Of a DNA stretch of 64,000 nucleotides, positions 55,090 to 64,000 are shown one piece after another. The notes beneath the pieces are model-generated. The model did no database searches, was not told the DNA's origin, and saw nothing but the letters and a program-made list of their open reading frames with translations. The translations under genes and the position numbers were made by a program. This DNA is from an uncultured virus (IMG/VR IMGVR_UViG_3300046501_000552) (lineage: Duplodnaviria; Heunggongvirae; Uroviricota; Caudoviricetes), in IMG/VR virus record IMGVR_UViG_3300046501_000552, positions 1 through 64,000 of that record; one strand, given 5' to 3'. Each line of letters starts with the position of its first letter. Position 1 is the stretch's first letter.

Positions 55090-57450
55090 TTAAAAGCCAT
55101 CGAGGTCGAGCTGTGGAATGACGTTAATCGTTCCATCGGGCTGGTGGTAAATCAGACCGGTGAGATAGCCGGTACGAATTACGCTCGACAGCATCGTCGT
55201 TTGGTTATCCGGCACCGTGGGTTGGAAGTCATTGCCCCAGATGTCCGTGATCTTTTGCTGCTCGCCTGCAGGCAGATTCAGCCAGTTACACAAGCCCGGT
55301 ACCACAATCGCCTGGCTGGGGTTAGGCGCCGCGCACTCGCAGTCGTGCATCCTAAAGCGCACCTTACCTGCATTGAGGAAGGTGTGCTGCACGTTGCTGC
55401 TGACTTCGTGCCACGGATTCTTGATCGCCAGTTTCACGTGGTTGGCCATGGACACATGTCGATCATGGATCGGCGTGTACTTGGTCACCTGGTTCTCCAG
55501 CGAATTCTTGAAGTGCGGGTGTTGATCGAGCGCCCGCACACCAAGATCCGTTGCATCCATCTCATTGGCCTGATGACCGCGCGCATCCCCGACCCGAATC
55601 GCGGCCCACTCACCCGGCACGATGGTCGAATCGTTAATGGTCGACATGAATTGAATCGAGTAGCTCGAGAGCTGCTCCATCATGCCAATCATCGCCTTCT
55701 GGATGTTCGCTACGCTCGGCGTCGTGATGAGATCCTGACCCGTGGCGTGAGCGACGATCTCCGCGTAGAGTGAACCCCACTCGGTTTGCGTGAATGCCGC
55801 CACGTCCAGGTTGCGCGCTGCAAACCAAGCCGAGTAGTTATCCCCCGGATCAGCGACGTAGCACAAATTGTCGCTCCACAAGAGTGAGGTGGCGTTCTTC
55901 ACATAGCCACGCACTTCCATGTGTTCCTGGTACGACACCAGGCCGTCTTGCTGATTGGCTGCGGTATAGATCTGCTGACACAGGCTATAGAACGCTTCGG
56001 TCGAGAGGAAGGTCGATGACGGCTTGATCAACGGCATCAAGTCATGGATCTCCTGCAACGTCGCTCGATCCACCTTGCTCATGTCACACACTGCTGCCAT
56101 CGCGTCGACACTGGGCGTCGGCAAGCGTGGCACGCGCTGCGCGAACATCGGTGGGATCACATCCAGCGTAATCCCAATCGAAGCGTTAAGCGCATACCAG
56201 GCCAGACAGAACGCATCCTTCGCAAACAAGGGTACCGTTTCACCGGTGGCTGGATTGGTGAACTGCACGGCCGAGTTGTAATACCCGAGACTTGAGAGCC
56301 ACAACCAGTTATTGACCAGGATCTCAGAGAGCGGATACTTGACGCTACCCGTGTAGTCGATCATCGACGACTCAAGCGCCTTGGTCGGCAACTCATTGGA
56401 GAGCGAATTTTGCATCGCCTCCAGAATCTTCGGCTCGTAGTCGCCCTCGTACTTCTCATTGTCGCGCGCAACGGGCCGTTCCTTGATCAGCATCTCGTCC
56501 AAGGTGATCTCGTTGATGCTATCCAGGTTGTAGCCCAGATTGACCGGATCGCGCGTAAACGTAATGGTCGGATAGAGATCCGTGGGCATCTGAGACACGT
56601 CATGGCGCATGGTGTACTTTGCCAGGGGCAAATTACGCTCGGTCATGATATGGTCCACGAGCCACTCGAAGATCTCCGACTGCCCGGCGTTACGCTCCAG
56701 GTAGTTGATGTTCCGATATAGCTCGAGCGACTGCTTGGTCGTCAGCTGATCGAGGTACAGATCCAGCAGGCCATGACTCAGGAGGTACTGACGCACGTGA
56801 AAGCTATGCGCCTCATTAGTCTTGCAAGCTTCCAGGCGCAGCGACAAAATCACCTGCGGCAGCAACGCGTACATGATCCCCAGGGTGAAGGGGGTATACA
56901 TGTCGTCTGAGACCGTGTAGGCGAGATTCACCCAGCGCGTTTTGAATCCATCGATCCAGCGCTGCAGCTTGTCGATGAGGCTGTACTCATTGAATTCGAC
57001 CAGGCTGCTCGGGTAGGCCAAGATCTTCCCATCGGCGGCGCTGATGGCATCGTCGATGTCAACCGGATTCAAGATCCCGTTGATGAGAGTGACCTGGGTC
57101 GGATACTGGGCCACCAGCGCCAGATAGTCACGTTGGCCAAACTGGTAGGCCTTGGCAGTGGCGCGGTGTAGCGCCAGATTCTCGACCGTGAATTCGATCG
57201 TTTCTAGCGTATCCATCGAGACGACATACATCATCGTGTCGGCGAAGTGATACTGGCCAGACAAATTCATATAGTAGCGCCACGTCGTGGGGTCCAGGTC
57301 ATTGACCTGATCTGCCCCATACACGCCGCTGATATACGTGTTGATTGCATCAGCCGTGGCTGACGACTTGACGACAATGTATCGGGCCAACGCGAGTACA
57401 CTGTCGAGATAGACCTGATACTGATTCGAGGTACTAGTTGTCGCGGCCAT
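55090..57450 (-). CDS. putative virion structural (baseplate) protein (phiKZ gp128-like position)
   Basis: 786 aa; WRYYMNLSGQYH; divergent from the portal-like gene. Confidence 0.7.
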   Translation of the reverse strand: MAATTSTSNQYQVYLDSVLALARYIVVKSSATADAINTYISGVYGADQVNDLDPTTWRYYMNLSGQYHFADTMMYVVSMDTLETIEFTVENLALHRATAKAYQFGQRDYLALVAQYPTQVTLINGILNPVDIDDAISAADGKILAYPSSLVEFNEYSLIDKLQRWIDGFKTRWVNLAYTVSDDMYTPFTLGIMYALLPQVILSLRLEACKTNEAHSFHVRQYLLSHGLLDLYLDQLTTKQSLELYRNINYLERNAGQSEIFEWLVDHIMTERNLPLAKYTMRHDVSQMPTDLYPTITFTRDPVNLGYNLDSINEITLDEMLIKERPVARDNEKYEGDYEPKILEAMQNSLSNELPTKALESSMIDYTGSVKYPLSEILVNNWLWLSSLGYYNSAVQFTNPATGETVPLFAKDAFCLAWYALNASIGITLDVIPPMFAQRVPRLPTPSVDAMAAVCDMSKVDRATLQEIHDLMPLIKPSSTFLSTEAFYSLCQQIYTAANQQDGLVSYQEHMEVRGYVKNATSLLWSDNLCYVADPGDNYSAWFAARNLDVAAFTQTEWGSLYAEIVAHATGQDLITTPSVANIQKAMIGMMEQLSSYSIQFMSTINDSTIVPGEWAAIRVGDARGHQANEMDATDLGVRALDQHPHFKNSLENQVTKYTPIHDRHVSMANHVKLAIKNPWHEVSSNVQHTFLNAGKVRFRMHDCECAAPNPSQAIVVPGLCNWLNLPAGEQQKITDIWGNDFQPTVPDNQTTMLSSVIRTGYLTGLIYHQPDGTINVIPQLDLDGF

Positions 57451-57518
57451 AACGGCGCCCCTTATTTCAATAACATGCAGTCCTTGTTTTTCAAGGGCTA
57501 TCTTTCGTTGAGGTTCAA

Positions 57519-60383
57519 ATGTCCAAAGCGTTGAAGGAAGCCATTGCGCTTGCTGGCAGTGGCAAACGCTACTCGGCGATGTCCCTGGTTCGTCAAGACC
57601 CAGGCATGGCCGCCACCATCAGCAAGATGGTCCATGGCAAAACGCCTCCCCGGTACGACAGCTCTGGAAACATGACGACGGACAATCCGTCGATCCAGGC
57701 ATTGAAGAACGTCTCGGATAATACGGTTCAAAACATCTCGGACGCACAGACTGTGCTCCAGACGTTGCCTGAACTCGAACTGGCGATCCAGATCCTCGTG
57801 TCCTCGGTACTTTCACCGAAAGACATGATGACCGTGGAGCTGACATATAAAGCTCCGGAGAACCTGGTCCCGCCGGAAGTGAACACGGCAATGACCAATC
57901 GTGTTCGCGTCCATTTTGAACAGAACTATAAAATAAAGCAGGTCCTTCCTCGGATGCTGCGTGACGTTCTGGCTGAGACGGGCTCGTATCCGGTCGCGGT
58001 GATTCCCGAGAACTCGATTGACGATGTGATCAACTCCAATCGTAAAGTGTCGATGGAGTCGCTCGTCGAGCACTTTCACAACGATGGTCGGATTAAGCCG
58101 CTGGGTCTGCTCGGTCCGGTCACCAAGACCAAGCCCACGCAAGTGCGTCAGGGTGCCGCACTCTCGATGGAGTCGCTCGAGACGTTCAAGTTCGACACGA
58201 CCTATCGCACCGATGTGACGCTTGAGAAAGCGTTCGATAACGTCGCGCAGGAAACCTATACGACGGTGACCGATAACCCGTCGTTGCTCAAGGTGCCAAT
58301 GCTGCACCAGAAGATCCGCGAAAGCCGGGTGATGGATCTGTTGGGTGCCCGTAACGGTCTGTCGCGCGGGATGAAGCTGGCGAGCGAAGCGTACGGCGCG
58401 CAGAACCCGACGCATCAGGTGCAACAGCATAAGCCCAATGACCGGGAACTGGCGGGGATGATCTATCGGGATCGCAACTACCAGTACAAACCGATCACTA
58501 CGCTGAAAACCCAAGAGCAGCTTAATCGCCGCACGGTGGGTGCGCCGCTCATCATGCACTTGCCCTCGGAAGCGGTGATTCCGGTGTTTGTGCCGGGTAA
58601 CGTTGAGCAGCACGTGGGCTTCTTCATTCTGATCGATGAAGACGGTCACCCGATCCAGCGTATTGCCGACATCGATTACTACCAGCAACTGAACGCGCGG
58701 ATGAATTCCGGTGGTTCGTTCCCTTCGGCCATGCTGCAAAAGGTCAAGGCGAACATGCAGGGGTTCGATAACACCAATAACGCCCACCTCGATTACTCGG
58801 CACGCGTGTACGGTGAAATGATCGAGCAGGATCTGCTCGCTCGCCTGCGTAATGGCGTGTACGGCAACGGCGTGGCACTGGCTAAGCGCGAAGAAGTGTA
58901 CCGCATCATGTTTGCACGAGCGCTCGCTAAGCAACACACGCAGCTGCTCTTCATGCCGATCGAGTTCATGACGTACTTCGCGCTGCGCTATAACGGCGAC
59001 GGCATGGGTAAGTCGATGCTCGATGACTTGAAGATCATCAATTCGCTGCGCTCGATGCTCTTGTTTGCCAACGTGATGGCGGCCGTCAAGAACTCGATGG
59101 GTCGCACCGAGGTCAAGATCAAGATGGATGAGCACGATCCTGATCCGCAGAAGACCTTTGAGCGCGTGGTGCATGAAATCTTGCGCAGCCGTCAGCAAGC
59201 ATTCCCGGTGGGCACCAACTCGCCGATGGACATCGTTGACTGGGTGCAGCGTGCGGGCTTTGAGTTTGTACCGGAAGGTCATCCTGGACTCCCGGACATG
59301 ACGGTGGAGTTTGGGGAAAAGAACACCAGCTACGTGAAGCCTGATACGGAGCTCGATGATGATCTGCGTAAGCGCTCGATCATGGGCCTGGGTCTTACGC
59401 CGCAGTCCGTTGATGCGGCCTTCGAAGCGGAGTTCGCCACCTCGGTCCTGACTAACAACATCCTCTTGTCCAAGCGGGTGATGAACATTCAAGAAGTGAT
59501 TGAGCCGCAACTGGCCGATCACGTGCGTAAGGTCATGATGAACGATGAAGAGCTCGTTCGTGATCTGCGGGCGATTCTGGAGGCGAGCGCCGATAAGCTG
59601 CTTGAGCGCTTGAAGAAGCAAGACGAGGCCCATAAGGACGATCCGACGTACCGCTCGCATCTGGGCGGTCAGCCGAAGGAATTGGTGATTCAGCAGCTCC
59701 TGTACGACTTTGTGATGGGCCTGGAAGTCAGCCTGCCGAAGCCGAACAGCGTGACGCTGGAGAACCAGCTGGCGGCAATGGATACGTACTCGAAGTCGCT
59801 CGATCAGGGGCTCGACTACTACATCTCGACGAACTTCCTCACGTCCGACACCGCGGGCGATCTCGGTAACTACGCGGGTTCGCTCAAGGAGATGGCCAAG
59901 GCCTACTTCATGCGTAAGTGGATGGGTGAGAATGGCGTGCTGCCGGAGCTCTCCGATCTGAACACGCTCGACGATGACGGCAAGCCGAAGCTCAACCTGT
60001 GGGACGCGTTCCAGGATCACACCAGCAACATGATCCTGAGCATGGACCACTTCATGAACGGCATGAAGCCGATCAAGGATGCAGCGGGGCTAAACAACGC
60101 CAAGCGTCAAGCAACCGACCAGAACAGCGGTGGGATGGGAGGCGGGATGGGTGACATGGGTGGCGGCAGCATGGGTGGCGGCATGTCCATGGGTGGTGAC
60201 ACCGGTTTGGGTGGGTTGGGTGGCGGTGATGACTTTGGGGGCGGTGGTTTCAACATGGGTGGTGCAGGGGGCGGTGACGATCCCTTTAACCTCGGTGGCG
60301 GAGCCAGCACGACCGATGAGTCGCCTTTGAATCCGGAAGATGACAAGCCGGAAGATCAGGGTGCTGCAGAACCGCAAGTCTAA
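57519..60383 (+). CDS. portal protein (phiKZ gp129-like)
   Basis: 954 aa, GAGG Shine-Dalgarno; LPELELAIQILVSSVLSPKDM, FFILIDEDGHP, YFAL.YN..G.GKSML recalled as phiKZ-like portal motifs; internal S-M-E sites; Gly/Met-rich tail. Confidence 0.7.
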   Translation: MSKALKEAIALAGSGKRYSAMSLVRQDPGMAATISKMVHGKTPPRYDSSGNMTTDNPSIQALKNVSDNTVQNISDAQTVLQTLPELELAIQILVSSVLSPKDMMTVELTYKAPENLVPPEVNTAMTNRVRVHFEQNYKIKQVLPRMLRDVLAETGSYPVAVIPENSIDDVINSNRKVSMESLVEHFHNDGRIKPLGLLGPVTKTKPTQVRQGAALSMESLETFKFDTTYRTDVTLEKAFDNVAQETYTTVTDNPSLLKVPMLHQKIRESRVMDLLGARNGLSRGMKLASEAYGAQNPTHQVQQHKPNDRELAGMIYRDRNYQYKPITTLKTQEQLNRRTVGAPLIMHLPSEAVIPVFVPGNVEQHVGFFILIDEDGHPIQRIADIDYYQQLNARMNSGGSFPSAMLQKVKANMQGFDNTNNAHLDYSARVYGEMIEQDLLARLRNGVYGNGVALAKREEVYRIMFARALAKQHTQLLFMPIEFMTYFALRYNGDGMGKSMLDDLKIINSLRSMLLFANVMAAVKNSMGRTEVKIKMDEHDPDPQKTFERVVHEILRSRQQAFPVGTNSPMDIVDWVQRAGFEFVPEGHPGLPDMTVEFGEKNTSYVKPDTELDDDLRKRSIMGLGLTPQSVDAAFEAEFATSVLTNNILLSKRVMNIQEVIEPQLADHVRKVMMNDEELVRDLRAILEASADKLLERLKKQDEAHKDDPTYRSHLGGQPKELVIQQLLYDFVMGLEVSLPKPNSVTLENQLAAMDTYSKSLDQGLDYYISTNFLTSDTAGDLGNYAGSLKEMAKAYFMRKWMGENGVLPELSDLNTLDDDGKPKLNLWDAFQDHTSNMILSMDHFMNGMKPIKDAAGLNNAKRQATDQNSGGMGGGMGDMGGGSMGGGMSMGGDTGLGGLGGGDDFGGGGFNMGGAGGGDDPFNLGGGASTTDESPLNPEDDKPEDQGAAEPQV

Positions 60384-60399
60384 GACCAAAAAAAAAGAG

Positions 60400-60439
60400 C
60401 GTCATAAGCCCCCAGGCTTTCGCCTGGGGGTCTATGCCG
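60400..60439. terminator. bidirectional hairpin flanked by CGTCATA / TATGCCG
   Basis: CCCCCAGGC-tttc-GCCTGGGGG with an A9 run to the left; convergent genes. Confidence 0.8.
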
Positions 60440-60502
60440 TCTTTAAGACGTGTCGAGCACGCCGTTTGGATTTGTTATTATTGGCCCCATCGCACGGCCC
60501 CG

Positions 60503-61972
60503 TTAATCACCCGTCTTAGGCAAATCCACCTGTCCGTTGTTGTTTACATCGGCGACCCTGGTCAGGTTCTGTGACAGCATCATCTCTTCGGCTTGAAGCA
60601 ACGCCTCCGCTGGTTTGCAGATGGTCATCCCACGGCGGGAATCCGGGTAGCTCTTCCACACGTCGAGATCAGCGATGCGTTCCATCTGATCTTTCAACAC
60701 CGGATCAGCAGGCGAAGCTATGGGTGCAACACCGCCCGGCCACAGTCCTGCGTCGTCGATGTGCATGACGGAGCGGCTCATCCCACGTGGTTGCTTGACA
60801 ACCGTATCGCCTTGAGCCTGTTCGAAGATGGTGTCGACTTCTTGTTGGGTCTGGAGCATTTCGGCTTCTATCTTCCAGCGCACCCCGCACTGCTCATCGA
60901 ACACCAGATCGACTGGGAGGTTCGAATAGTCCAACGCCAAGTGGCCGCCGAGGTGAGCCGTACGAATGAACGGACGTGCGCGTACCAGCATCTGATTACG
61001 CGTTTCACCGGTGAGCGGATGGATCTGCATCTGGTACTTGAAACCCGACTCCAGTTCGCCATTGTGATCCCCGTTATCTTGCCCCAGCGGATGACCCAGG
61101 ACAGTACCACCGAACTCTGCAGGCCACCCTCCTTCAGGCCTGAAAACACGCGCATCGGTGGCCCGCACCGCGAAGTGGTTCTTGGTGATGTCTTCCAAGG
61201 TTTCCAGGATCGGTGAAGACTCCCGGACTTGTTGGCTCGTCATGGTCAGCAACGCATCCCCACCGGCTGAAGCCAGCGCACCATGGGTTTTCCGATCGAA
61301 GAGTGGTGTGCCAATGCGCAGTTCATCGTCTTTAGCAGCTTCTGCCAACCCCAGGAAGCTCTGCACGCTTCGATCCGCGTAATCATCCCCCTTCAGGCGA
61401 GCTTCAGCTTCCGCGATCATTTCGTCACGCGTCTTGTGCGGCAACAATGCAGCGCTCGCGTTCAGGGCGTTGGGATTAGCTTGCCGAGCTTGCTCCAGAA
61501 TTTCCCTGGTGCTGGGGCGCAAACGCAACTTTGCTGGCAGCTTGGCTGAACCGAGCCCGTAATGGCGCTCCATGACCTCGGCAGTTGAGAAGCCATGCGG
61601 TTCATCAGTCATCGGTTGCCCCCGACCCATTTCGTAGTCAATGTGCTCCTGGTTGGAGAATATCGGCGTGTACTGGTCCGGCTTGGCTTTCCAGCGACGT
61701 GGGTTTTCGGACACGCCTTCTGCGATGAAGGGCCGTGGCGTGTTGCGCTCGACGAACACAAACTCAGTGTCCTTCCAGAAGTTGTGAGCGACGGCCTCTT
61801 CGATGATGCGCCGCCCTTCAGCTTCTTCGAACTGAATACCACTGTCGTTGAGGAAGGTGATCTGGGCGTCTTCGATGCCGTTCTGCTTGAGGAAGTCAGC
61901 GAAGGCAAATGCCAGCAGCGTCTTGCCTGTGCCGCAGAAACCATCGATGGTGATACGGATTTCCTTTTTCAT
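60503..61972 (-). CDS. hypothetical protein with N-terminal P-loop
   Basis: RITIDGFCGTGKT Walker A at the N-terminus; remainder unrecognised. Confidence 0.65.
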   Translation of the reverse strand: MKKEIRITIDGFCGTGKTLLAFAFADFLKQNGIEDAQITFLNDSGIQFEEAEGRRIIEEAVAHNFWKDTEFVFVERNTPRPFIAEGVSENPRRWKAKPDQYTPIFSNQEHIDYEMGRGQPMTDEPHGFSTAEVMERHYGLGSAKLPAKLRLRPSTREILEQARQANPNALNASAALLPHKTRDEMIAEAEARLKGDDYADRSVQSFLGLAEAAKDDELRIGTPLFDRKTHGALASAGGDALLTMTSQQVRESSPILETLEDITKNHFAVRATDARVFRPEGGWPAEFGGTVLGHPLGQDNGDHNGELESGFKYQMQIHPLTGETRNQMLVRARPFIRTAHLGGHLALDYSNLPVDLVFDEQCGVRWKIEAEMLQTQQEVDTIFEQAQGDTVVKQPRGMSRSVMHIDDAGLWPGGVAPIASPADPVLKDQMERIADLDVWKSYPDSRRGMTICKPAEALLQAEEMMLSQNLTRVADVNNNGQVDLPKTGD

Positions 61973-61995
61973 CCTGTTCTCCTGAAAGCGTTACG

Positions 61996-62499
61996 TTAAG
62001 CGGTGGCGTGCTCGATCTCTTGCAACAAGGCGCGGTCCCCGAGGCGAAAGCCCGCGTTGATGATAAGACCTAGCACGCTGTTGGGCGTCGGTTCCCCCAC
62101 GCCGTCGAGCCAGCGCTGATACTCGGCGGCCCCTTCGGTGTATTCTTGCGTGAGCTCGCCGTAGCCGAGCCAGCTAATCATGTCCGCCAGGGCACGCTCC
62201 TGTTCCCGCGCACGATTGTAAAAACGCGGGGCGTACTCTTGCGAGGCCGAGCGCATAAAGCGCACTTCAAAGAAGCCCGTGAACTGCCGCGCCCGGATAC
62301 GCACCTCGCGTTCAGCGGCTTCGCTGCCCGAGGTTGCGCCGAAGCGAATTTCCATATCACCCCATCCCGTCGAGGCATACAGCTTTTCCTTTACCGTGCC
62401 CAAGGGGAAGACCTTCTTCGAGATGATCTGGGAGTTCAAAGCCTCGATCAGCTTGACGCCGAATTCGTTACCGGCATTGGTGAAATCAAAGAGTTCCAT
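61996..62499 (-). CDS. hypothetical protein
   Basis: ORF from ATG 62499 (alternative TTG at 62511). Confidence 0.65.
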   Translation of the reverse strand: MELFDFTNAGNEFGVKLIEALNSQIISKKVFPLGTVKEKLYASTGWGDMEIRFGATSGSEAAEREVRIRARQFTGFFEVRFMRSASQEYAPRFYNRAREQERALADMISWLGYGELTQEYTEGAAEYQRWLDGVGEPTPNSVLGLIINAGFRLGDRALLQEIEHATA

Positions 62500-62575
62500 G
62501 TTTTTATTCAACTAAGACATAAGCGTTATAAGTAGCGAGGAAGCCGTAGCCTCCTCGCCGGTAAGAAAAGCAGGG

Positions 62576-62989
62576 TTACAGCGCGCGGGCTGGTTCGACA
62601 ATACAGCCGTCGAGGACCAGCGCTTCTTCAGCCGTGATGCCTTCCTGACCGATCGCACCCAGTGAAAGCGGGCGTGGTTCGGACAAAAAGCCCATGCCGT
62701 CGGTGTTGATCTCAGCCACGTTGGCATTTTCCCGACTGACCACCGTGACCGGTGCATCAAACAACTGCGGATTCGCATCCCGCATGGCGTCAAGCAGCGT
62801 GTCAGGCTGCTCGTCTATCCCTTGGGTGCTGGTCCAGGCTCTAAAGCCAGGCGTATCGGCCTGAATGTTGGCCACGGTGACATTATTAAAGCCATACGTG
62901 TCCTTCAGTGCTTGACCAATTGCCCGACCCACAAGCTCCGCAGCCTTGCCATCGGGGCTTTCCACCACGATGTTCACAGGTGCGTCCAT
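62576..62989 (-). CDS. small acidic protein, paralogue 3 of tandem family
   Basis: GF.NV.V and LL.AM...NP.LF motifs; GGAGG Shine-Dalgarno. Confidence 0.8.
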   Translation of the reverse strand: MDAPVNIVVESPDGKAAELVGRAIGQALKDTYGFNNVTVANIQADTPGFRAWTSTQGIDEQPDTLLDAMRDANPQLFDAPVTVVSRENANVAEINTDGMGFLSEPRPLSLGAIGQEGITAEEALVLDGCIVEPARAL

Positions 62990-63001
62990 TTTCCCTCCCT
63001 T

Positions 63002-63370
63002 TTAATCGCGTTCGTTCACCTCGTCACGATCCAGTTCGAGCGCGACTTCCAGATCCGCCGCTTCGTTGGGTGGCAGATCCATCTCCACTTCGAGCTCCGG
63101 CTCCAGACACGCACTCACCACTTCGATACGACGATGGAAGAGCGCCGGATTGGCGTCTGCCATCGCATCGAGCAACGACTTACCTTGCTCGAAGTCCGTT
63201 TGCGGGTCACCCACGGCTTCGCTACTCACATCCGCATGATGAGTAACGGTGACGTTGGTGAAGCCGACGTTCTGGATCGCGTGTCCCACCACCTTACCGA
63301 GCGCCAGCGCGAGTTCGTTGTTATCCGACTCGATGACTACGCTGGCAACCGCGTCTTCTTGCTGTTCCAT
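63002..63370 (-). CDS. small acidic protein, paralogue 2 of tandem family
   Basis: GFTNVTV and SLLDAMADANPALF; GGAGG Shine-Dalgarno. Confidence 0.8.
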   Translation of the reverse strand: MEQQEDAVASVVIESDNNELALALGKVVGHAIQNVGFTNVTVTHHADVSSEAVGDPQTDFEQGKSLLDAMADANPALFHRRIEVVSACLEPELEVEMDLPPNEAADLEVALELDRDEVNERD

Positions 63371-63400
63371 GTCCTTCCTCCTTGTTTTTACTGCGTCATT

Positions 63401-63814
63401 TTACTGCACGATGACCGTAGCTGCTTCGGGCTTGCTCACCCGGATCGCATCGTTCAGACCTGCGCCGTCGCCGAGTTCTTCCTTGGCGTCTTCAATCATG
63501 TCCGTGACGAGATCCAGTGCTGCACTGCCGCCCGCGGTGGCAATGACGGCGATGGGTGCATCGAAGAGCTGCGGGTTTAGGGCCTTCATCGAGCCGAGGA
63601 GCGTGTCCGCGTTCGAGAGGTCCACATCCACACGCGTCGGATCGTCGCTCTTGTCGACATGGATCGCCACGTTGGTGAAACCTGCGTCCGAGAGGCCTTT
63701 ATTGACCGCGACGGCAATCGCCTGTCGCTGGCTGATGTTGTCTGACGCGATGATGACACCCGCACCGCTGTCATTCTTGGTTACGTCGTTCATAATGCGA
63801 GCAAATTCCTTCAT
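63401..63814 (-). CDS. small acidic protein, paralogue 1 of tandem family
   Basis: GFTNVAI and TLLGSMKALNPQLFDAP; AGGA Shine-Dalgarno. Confidence 0.8.
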   Translation of the reverse strand: MKEFARIMNDVTKNDSGAGVIIASDNISQRQAIAVAVNKGLSDAGFTNVAIHVDKSDDPTRVDVDLSNADTLLGSMKALNPQLFDAPIAVIATAGGSAALDLVTDMIEDAKEELGDGAGLNDAIRVSKPEAATVIVQ

Positions 63815-63845
63815 GATACCGTTCCTGTTCGTGATGGGTTTTTTG

Positions 63846-64000
63846 TTAGACGAGAACTTCGTCGAGTAGCACTGCTTTTGGTGCTACAAACGTGGCGAGG
63901 TCAATGATCGTGCCATCTTTCAGACGACCTTGACCGGGCTGGAGTTCGGGCGCATCGCCCGAGAGTTCTGTCATGTCGATGTGGTCAGCCATCGTGCTCA
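63846..64000 (-). CDS. 3' end of hypothetical protein (runs off window)
   Basis: Open frame ...MADHIDMTELSGDAPELQPGQGRLKDGTIIDLATFVAPKAVLLDEVLV*. Confidence 0.5.
   Translation of the reverse strand, partial: STMADHIDMTELSGDAPELQPGQGRLKDGTIIDLATFVAPKAVLLDEVLV

Noticed and set aside
4503..60439. CRISPR array or REP/MITE family as an explanation of the recurring hairpins
   Set aside because: The elements are single and dispersed at gene ends, stems differ in sequence, and there are no regular spacers, cas genes or transposase.
60445..60490. Possible displaced C-terminal remnant (IITNPNGVLD vs DVNNNGQVD) after 60503-61972
   Set aside because: The similarity is too weak to distinguish from chance.
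1..64000. tRNA/rRNA genes, inteins in RNAP or recombinase, host assignment
   Set aside because: I saw no cloverleaf or rRNA-like segments and no intein splice motifs in the large genes. The host genus cannot be inferred from this sequence alone.

Overview
The window is part of a phiKZ-like jumbo phage genome (Chimalliviridae-type), GC-rich, with no host DNA, tRNA, rRNA or CRISPR array that I can see. It is mainly the virion and late module. Head and transcription genes: prohead protease (phiKZ gp175-like), three separate subunits of the split virion RNA polymerase (large beta piece 7856-12394, beta' piece with DFDGD 12391-14019, beta C-terminal piece 28798-29499) and a portal-like protein. 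Tail and lysis genes: a 2100-aa tape-measure/lytic tail protein with a GH19 lysozyme domain, baseplate, spike and tail-fibre proteins, and spanin-like pairs. DNA and RNA metabolism genes: UvsX/RecA-like, RNase HI, SbcC/Rad50 ATPase, RuvC and RNA ligase. Accessory genes include NADAR-like, SLOG, CYTH-like, DUF488-like and DUF1653-like proteins. The main findings are: (1) a GIY-YIG homing-endonuclease cassette that split a DUF488-like gene and supplied a recoded replacement N-terminus; (2) a synonymously recoded, displaced copy of the RNase H C-terminus, plus a GIY-YIG-like domain fused in frame to the same RNase H; (3) at least nine GC hairpins at gene ends followed by a conserved TATG(C/A)CG motif, often with no immediate U-tract, suggesting a phage-RNAP-specific termination or processing signal; (4) a tandem family of small acidic paralogues that look like P-loop derivatives. 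All family assignments and phiKZ gene numbers come from motif recognition and gene order, not database searches. The host cannot be determined from this window.
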